Of a stretch of DNA of 64,000 bases, positions 58,218 through 64,000 are shown in pieces; position 1 is the first letter of the stretch, and each line of letters begins with the position of its first letter. A model generated the notes under the pieces. The model ran no database searches and was not told the origin of the DNA. It was given only the letters and a program-made list of their open reading frames with translations. Both the position numbers and the translations under genes were made by a program. The stretch covers positions 96,001 through 160,000 of IMG/VR virus record IMGVR_UViG_2834368228_000004; one strand, written 5' to 3'. Source of the stretch: a virus (taxonomy: Duplodnaviria; Caudoviricetes).

Positions 58218-60316
58218 TGAATGAGTATAGACCTGGATTATTGTATGACAAAACAACAATAACAGGAGAGAAAAATATGACTGATGGTGATATAAATACA
58301 TCTGATTTAATTACAAATGAAGGACTTATATTTATATTAGATAAAGTTACTTTTGTAGAGAAAGTATTTATGGCTGAAAGTCATCCTTGGAGAACTAAAG
58401 TTGAGTTTTATCGTGATATCGAATTAAATGAATTAATCACGTACATCGATCCTTCAAACGCAAATATGTCAATAACAGGAGCCTTTTATAATGTACATGC
58501 AGATAAAGTAAAAGCCATTAAAATTCTTTCTGTTTCTGCTGATTTTACTAGAAATATAACGATGTTTGACATCTATGGAGTTCAAGAAGTTCTAGATAAA
58601 TACCTCTTCCAAGATGGAGAAGAGATAAAGAAGTATATAGATATTATAGGAGATTATATTCCAGTTATTCCTACAATGTCTTCCAATAACAGCCCTGACG
58701 AGTATGTTGTAAAGTCTATACAGGGGGTCCAGACTTCTTCTTATGCATATAAAATTTTCGATAATGACAGTGAGACCTCTCCTGGATATAGTGGTGGTAA
58801 TGGAGTTATTGCCATTAGTCTTCCTGAAGAAAAAAGAATTCGTTCAACTGAAATTTCAAACATAGGCATTGATAACGCCCCTGACTCGTACATTTTGGAG
58901 GGAAGCAATGATGAGGTAAATTGGGATATATTATTTGAAAATCATGAGTTAACTTGGAATCAATTAGAAGTTAAAAAATTTAATTTCTTTAACGATAACT
59001 TTTATAAGTATTATAAATTTACTGTCAGTAGGATCAGAACTCCATACACCAGGGTTGCAAGTATTCAAATATATGAGAACAAAACAATTAAGACTTGGCA
59101 AACTATCGGGACAGCTCCCGCCACCAAAGAAATGTTCGACACTCATGGTATGACTGATCTATCTATAATAGATAATGAAGCTATACAAGGTTTAGTATCA
59201 GATACACCAGAGTTATTGTGTTGGACAGATGATAGTATGACAGTAAGCGAAGCTGACATCATACCAAAAATGGGGCCTTCTAATATAAATGAAGACTGTA
59301 CAGTGTCAGCTTCTTCATTTAGCGGCAGTGGTGAAAGTTTTGGTCCTTGGAGAGCATTTGATGATAAGAATGATTCCACGGAGGCTTGGCTTTCTAATAA
59401 TGAAAATGCTGGAGCGTGGTTGAAAGTAGAATTCACAGATCCCAAAATTATTAGAAAATATGTGATTGAGTCAAGAAGAGATACCTGGGGAGGAAGAGGT
59501 GCACCTAATTCCTGGAGTTTTGAAGGAAGTCATGACAATGAAGAATGGGTTGTTTTAGACACACAAGTAGGACATGATGATTGGGGAAACTTTGTTACTC
59601 GTAAAGAGTTCAATATAAGCAATAGTGTTTTCTATAAGTATTACAGAATACTCGTATTGTCAACAAATGGAAGTAGCGCCGCTATAGGCGAGATGGAATT
59701 ATATGAATTATCTCAAGTAAGTCGAAAAGTTAACTTAACAGCTATCCCACACCCTCAACTACTTCTCCCTAAAGAAAATATAGAAGTAGGAGATATAGAG
59801 AGTGTAAAGTTAGAGTCAACGGTTTCAGATCAAGGAGTACTTAAAATTATTGCAAGTGGAGATAGTGGAAGCAATTGGCATGGTTTATCTGAAGTGATTG
59901 GTTATGGTAATCTTTCAAATTTGCCTTTAGTAAAAGACATCGGATTTACGCTGGAAGAATTTAATGTTCTTACAAAAGATGAGTTGTCAGCAATCTTCCC
60001 AAATGGAAGAGCAAGATTTGCATTCTATCTAGAGCAAGAATCCTTAACAGACGTAGTGGAAATAAACTCACTCACCATCAATGAAAAGCAATACACCATG
60101 ACACCAAGTGTTGAAAGTTTATCTGTCATGTATGAGCTTCTAGAAGCAGATAAGCCCACATTATATGTTTCTCGTGATGATGGGGAAACCTGGACTCAAG
60201 TAAAAGACGATAAATTAACAGATATATCAAGTCAGCCAGAAGGCAATAAGCTTCGTGTGAAAGCAGTATTAGAAAATGGACAAGAAATACATGGATTAAG
60301 TTATGCATGGATATAA
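58217..60316 (+). CDS. Tail fibre module protein with discoidin-like domains
   Basis: LEGSND...YKYYKF and APNSWSFEGS...YKYYRI; shares KYLFxD, APAT..F...GM and RFAxYLEQE blocks with 53140..56175. Confidence 0.72.
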   Translation: MNEYRPGLLYDKTTITGEKNMTDGDINTSDLITNEGLIFILDKVTFVEKVFMAESHPWRTKVEFYRDIELNELITYIDPSNANMSITGAFYNVHADKVKAIKILSVSADFTRNITMFDIYGVQEVLDKYLFQDGEEIKKYIDIIGDYIPVIPTMSSNNSPDEYVVKSIQGVQTSSYAYKIFDNDSETSPGYSGGNGVIAISLPEEKRIRSTEISNIGIDNAPDSYILEGSNDEVNWDILFENHELTWNQLEVKKFNFFNDNFYKYYKFTVSRIRTPYTRVASIQIYENKTIKTWQTIGTAPATKEMFDTHGMTDLSIIDNEAIQGLVSDTPELLCWTDDSMTVSEADIIPKMGPSNINEDCTVSASSFSGSGESFGPWRAFDDKNDSTEAWLSNNENAGAWLKVEFTDPKIIRKYVIESRRDTWGGRGAPNSWSFEGSHDNEEWVVLDTQVGHDDWGNFVTRKEFNISNSVFYKYYRILVLSTNGSSAAIGEMELYELSQVSRKVNLTAIPHPQLLLPKENIEVGDIESVKLESTVSDQGVLKIIASGDSGSNWHGLSEVIGYGNLSNLPLVKDIGFTLEEFNVLTKDELSAIFPNGRARFAFYLEQESLTDVVEINSLTINEKQYTMTPSVESLSVMYELLEADKPTLYVSRDDGETWTQVKDDKLTDISSQPEGNKLRVKAVLENGQEIHGLSYAWI

Positions 60317-60332
60317 AAAAGGAGAGAATAAG

Positions 60333-60800
60333 ATGAATAAATTTAGATTTAATAATGGAAAATATGGCATTAATAATGGACATGTTGCTTTATCTTGGGA
60401 GAATAAAGGTGAAGTAATTTTTGTAGACTCATTGAATCGCTTCCTATCAGTTGAAGAATTAGAAGAGAAAATGAAAATATTCCCTGAAGGACATCAAAAT
60501 AGTTTGCATGGTACAATCATTTCTAAAATGTTAAAAGAATATTATGAGACAGAATTATACCAAGAGGAAGAAATTGAAGGAGATCAAGATACAGACAAAG
60601 TTTCACTTTACCCTATTTTCACAGTGTATGACAAAGACAAAAATGAGAAATTCATCGTGAAGAGAAATAAAGACAATGTGTTAATTGAAGGGAAGCTAAT
60701 TCCTGAGTTGCAGAATATAGCTTGGAGACCAGTCTTTGACGAGAAACTTATTGCCTTATTTGCTGAATCTGAAAAACAATCAATTTTAGAGGTGAAATAG
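60333..60800 (+). CDS. Hypothetical protein
   Basis: AAGGAG RBS before ATG 60333. Confidence 0.6.
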   Translation: MNKFRFNNGKYGINNGHVALSWENKGEVIFVDSLNRFLSVEELEEKMKIFPEGHQNSLHGTIISKMLKEYYETELYQEEEIEGDQDTDKVSLYPIFTVYDKDKNEKFIVKRNKDNVLIEGKLIPELQNIAWRPVFDEKLIALFAESEKQSILEVK

Positions 60801-60802
60801 AA

Positions 60803-61072
60803 ATGAGTAAATATAAAAGTCAATTAAGAATACCAACTGAACAGTTATCAAGAATATTAGGGCTTGAAGAAAAGAGAGTAAAAATTACACATGTTGAATA
60901 TAATCATGAACGGGATCTAATTCAATTTATATTTGAGGGAGAAGAAGAAACTAACTTAACTCCATTAGTCGGTGAGTTTCAGACTATACCTGCTATTAAT
61001 GGAGACTGCTTAAATGAAATATTAACAAATCACTTCAATAAAATAAATGACCAAAGCATTGGTGAAAAATAG
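60803..61072 (+). CDS. Hypothetical protein
   Basis: GAGGTG RBS; 89-aa ORF. Confidence 0.6.
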   Translation: MSKYKSQLRIPTEQLSRILGLEEKRVKITHVEYNHERDLIQFIFEGEEETNLTPLVGEFQTIPAINGDCLNEILTNHFNKINDQSIGEK

Positions 61073-61096
61073 TCTTACTACAAGAGGTGGTTATAA

Positions 61097-61696
61097 ATGG
61101 ATATTCTTTCATATGGAACAGCAAGTAAAGCCAGTAAAGAAGAAAGCAACACACGAAATAAAGTATTAGGAGAGGGAGTTACAGGATCCTTCTCCACCGT
61201 AAAAGAGCGTATAGATAATATTGATAATGCTATTGGAAATGTAACTAAGCAAGCAGATAACTTAATCATCAAGAATGCTGTCAACATTATGAAAGCAAAT
61301 GCAAAATTAAATGCAGTAGCTCAAAGTAAAAAATATGAAATGCATAACATGATATTTGATGACCTACTTGATTTAAGTGGAATTGACACTGAGAAAAGTA
61401 GGGATTATACACATGATTCAGTGACTGGTCTAATTACAGCTGGTGAAGATTGTGTGATTGAGACGAAAGAAGAGATAACTCAAATAATCCCTGAACAAAT
61501 TGTTTTACACATCGAACACGTAGGAACATTGCTATGCTCCATATCCCGAAACAATGGGACTACATGGGAGTCAATTATTCCAAATGAGCTCTTCTATTTT
61601 AATGATTCTGTTAGTTTATCAGGTAATAAGATTCGCATTAAGGTGAAACTGTCAGTAAGAACAAAGCTATTAAATTACGCCTTAACTTGGACATAA
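61097..61696 (+). CDS. Short fibre-attachment module protein
   Basis: MDILSYGTASKA N-terminus and IFDDLLDLSGID block shared with 56265; no discoidin insert. Confidence 0.65.
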   Translation: MDILSYGTASKASKEESNTRNKVLGEGVTGSFSTVKERIDNIDNAIGNVTKQADNLIIKNAVNIMKANAKLNAVAQSKKYEMHNMIFDDLLDLSGIDTEKSRDYTHDSVTGLITAGEDCVIETKEEITQIIPEQIVLHIEHVGTLLCSISRNNGTTWESIIPNELFYFNDSVSLSGNKIRIKVKLSVRTKLLNYALTWT

Positions 61697-61711
61697 GGAG
61701 GAAAACAAATA

Positions 61712-62161
61712 GTGGTTAGAGAACACATTAGTTTCATTCCCGCAGAAAAGAAAGAACAAAAACAAATAGAAAGTATGATTAAGACTGGTGAAATTAATCA
61801 TAGTAATTATAAGACGTTAACACCAGGACAACAAGAAGAAGTTAATGAAATTTTATTCAATATTGCTGAAAGCCAAATCACCCTAAGTCAAGGAGTATCT
61901 GCTGTTGAATTTGTTTTATATGCACATATTCGATTAATGCGTAAAAAAGTTGAAGGGATAGCATTGTCCGCTCAAGATAAAAAGATTGAAGAAGGGTTAC
62001 AAAAAGTGTTAGACCTTCATGAGATTACAACAGAAAATATTTCAATCGATGATTGGCTTTTTGATTATATGTCATATGCTGAAAATGCAGCGAAGAAAAT
62101 ACTTAAAAATCGAGAAGAACATGTTTTACGTAAAAGAAATGTTACTGGACAGGTTCAATAA
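61712..62161 (+). CDS. Hypothetical helical protein (possible fibre assembly factor)
   Basis: AGGAGG RBS; last gene before the terminator. Confidence 0.55.
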   Translation: MVREHISFIPAEKKEQKQIESMIKTGEINHSNYKTLTPGQQEEVNEILFNIAESQITLSQGVSAVEFVLYAHIRLMRKKVEGIALSAQDKKIEEGLQKVLDLHEITTENISIDDWLFDYMSYAENAAKKILKNREEHVLRKRNVTGQVQ

Positions 62162-62203
62162 ATGATTAACGGCTTTCCTTAAAAAAGAAATAGTTATTTA
62201 AAT

Positions 62204-62239
62204 AAAGGTGTACTTGCTGTATCGTCAAGTACACCTTTT
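62204..62239 (+). terminator. Probable rho-independent terminator
   Basis: AAAGGTGTACTTG-n9-CAAGTACACC-TTTT. Confidence 0.75.
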
Positions 62240-62241
62240 CG

Positions 62242-62265
62242 TGTTATAATTGTAATGCATTACAA
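62242..62265 (+). promoter_or_regulatory. Extended -10 (TGnTATAAT) abutting the perfect palindrome TTGTAATGCATTACAA
   Basis: TG-T-TATAAT at 62242-62250; 16-bp perfect palindrome at 62250-62265. Confidence 0.75.
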
Positions 62266-62277
62266 GGAGAACGGAGT

Positions 62278-63786
62278 GTGTTAGATATGCCTGATTTAGA
62301 CGAACAAAAATATGTGCGAGTAGGCGAATCAACAGATACAGACTTAATTATTAAGGGACCTCAAAATATCATTGTAAATCAAGTTGTTTTAGACTTTGAA
62401 GAAACCTATATTTTTCCTAAAGAGCCATCTTTATATCAGAGTGAAGAGCCAACTAACTTACAGTTTCACTTAGAGAATATAAATGAAAAAACATCTGTGA
62501 CAATTCCATATCGTAATCGATTGACCCATACGGAAGCAAAGTATGCATCACTCTACCAATATGATATTGAGCTAAATAAATGGGAAACAATTGATTTCTT
62601 CCATAATCAAGAGGAGAAGACATTCGAGTGTGAAGTAGCCAAAGATGGATATTTAGTTGTATTCACAAACACATATTGGTACTCAACAATCACGCAAAAG
62701 CTTGCAGATGAATATCCTCAATGGACAAGGATTCGTAAATACAAGGAAAGTATAGGACAGCAGTTTCTAAACTTCTATGGAATGAATTTTGAAGAAGTCG
62801 AATCCTGGTTAAATTGGATTGATGACCAAAAGCATCTAACAAAGACAGATGTTCATGTTTTAGATTGGGTCTATGTATACCCATTAATAGAAGTTAAACA
62901 AAATGATATCATTCAATTGTTTTACCAAAAAGAGAGTCAGACACATATTATTCCAATCATCGAAGATATTAAGGGCTTCTTTAATAACGACACAAACCAG
63001 GGTGGAATGATTGATTATGAGGATCGTAGGTTTTATTCAAAATCAATGATTGATGAAATTAGAGGGATAGTTCGAAATGAGAATGGTATCAAAGAATTTA
63101 AATCAAACCCTATACCCTATCACATCTGGAATACCTTTGATGAATTTGGATTGCTCTTAAATGTAAAACGTCTTCATCTAGAGAACAATAAAGATTTCAA
63201 GGAAAGATTGTTAGATGTATTCCGATATCCTGCAAATAGTTCTAAGACAGGTATTGGACATGGCATAGCAAGAGAGTTAAATCTCATTAAGCGAACGAAT
63301 GGAAAAGAGCTCCTTTGGGAGAACGATCAAAAATCATTGCTGATACATAATAGGAGCGGGCTTCCGATTGACATTGATAGCCTACGAGTAGACTATCAGC
63401 CGTTAAGCGACGATCAATATGAGATTCTTAATAACAAGCATATTTTAATTCATCCATTAAGGAGATATCAAAAGCATATTATCAGCTTCATTTATGGATT
63501 AGATAAGCATGAATTGCATAATAAGAATGATATTAATTTACAAAAGATGATGTATCAAGAAAACGGCCAAGCAACTGGTAAGCTAATCGAATGGGTGTCT
63601 TATATCAATACGGTGGCTCCAATAATGTGGAATCGGTTTAAATGGGATGAAGGATACTGGGATACCGTTTCTAAAGAATTATCAGGGCTTGGCTATATTC
63701 CAAACATGTGGGATAGTGACATGTCAGTTTGGAAAGATTATAAGTTTCTTATTAATAGATGGGAGGATGGGCAGATATGGAAATAG
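62278..63786 (+). CDS. Putative baseplate wedge (gpI/gp7-like) protein
   Basis: FDEFGLLLNVKRLHLENNKDFKERL...SKTGI resembles the LD..G....R...E.D..YR.R wedge motif. Confidence 0.5.
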   Translation: MLDMPDLDEQKYVRVGESTDTDLIIKGPQNIIVNQVVLDFEETYIFPKEPSLYQSEEPTNLQFHLENINEKTSVTIPYRNRLTHTEAKYASLYQYDIELNKWETIDFFHNQEEKTFECEVAKDGYLVVFTNTYWYSTITQKLADEYPQWTRIRKYKESIGQQFLNFYGMNFEEVESWLNWIDDQKHLTKTDVHVLDWVYVYPLIEVKQNDIIQLFYQKESQTHIIPIIEDIKGFFNNDTNQGGMIDYEDRRFYSKSMIDEIRGIVRNENGIKEFKSNPIPYHIWNTFDEFGLLLNVKRLHLENNKDFKERLLDVFRYPANSSKTGIGHGIARELNLIKRTNGKELLWENDQKSLLIHNRSGLPIDIDSLRVDYQPLSDDQYEILNNKHILIHPLRRYQKHIISFIYGLDKHELHNKNDINLQKMMYQENGQATGKLIEWVSYINTVAPIMWNRFKWDEGYWDTVSKELSGLGYIPNMWDSDMSVWKDYKFLINRWEDGQIWK

Positions 63787-64000
63787 ATGAAAATGTTAAT
63801 CCTGATTCATTTGAAAGAGACGATGCTTATGAATTGGGACGAAACGATGAAGATTTTGAAATAGATCCTTGGGAAGATAAAAGAAGCAGGAAGGACCCTA
63901 TTACTTCTAAAGGTCAATCAACATTACTTCACACTCAAGGAAAAGAGAGCTATGAAGAAGTTAATGCCATTCGTTCAGGGATAGGAGATAACGATGATTT
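63777..64000 (+). CDS. 5' part of a further virion-module gene (partial)
   Basis: GGAGG RBS, ATG 63777, open to the window end (MEIDENVNP...SGIGDNDD). Confidence 0.7.
   Translation, partial: MEIDENVNPDSFERDDAYELGRNDEDFEIDPWEDKRSRKDPITSKGQSTLLHTQGKESYEEVNAIRSGIGDNDD

Noticed and set aside
904-62884. All minus-strand ORFs and short nested plus-strand ORFs in the track
   Set aside because: They lie within or across long plus-strand genes and show no recognisable motifs; they are shadow ORFs.
1-64000. CRISPR arrays, tRNA/rRNA genes, IS elements, integrase
   Set aside because: No regularly spaced repeats, cloverleaf-sized gaps with tRNA motifs, or transposase/recombinase motifs were recognised; intergenic space is minimal.

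Overview
The window is one uninterrupted, all-plus-strand virion morphogenesis region of a large, low-GC tailed phage with a contractile tail. It could be a free phage, a prophage or a phage-plasmid, and the host is probably a Bacillales/Firmicutes species (strong GGAGG RBSs, TATAAT boxes, CwlT-type muramidase domain). Gene order: small Gly/Ala-rich proteins, terminase large subunit, portal fused to a MuF-like Cys/His C-terminus, prohead protease/scaffold, capsid accessory protein, major capsid protein, Ig-rich head/neck appendage proteins, head-tail connectors, two sheath-family genes, tail tube paralogues, chaperones, three giant ORFs (1950, 2267 and 2060 aa), baseplate, and a modular discoidin/lectin-rich receptor-binding cassette. 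The main result is the 2267-aa ORF (34689..41492) at the tape-measure position. By eye it carries an intact N-terminal DEDDh 3'-5' exonuclease, then a colinear series of RNA polymerase beta-like and beta'-like motifs including RYP...ADSDGD, then a C-terminal hydrophobic anchor. This points to a single-chain, probably virion-delivered, two-barrel RNA polymerase. Its upstream neighbour has membrane segments and a degenerate staphylococcal-nuclease domain. A 14-bp palindrome TGWAATGCA(T/C)TWCA lies beside a TATAAT box in four intergenic gaps. All calls come from motif recognition and synteny; no database search was run.
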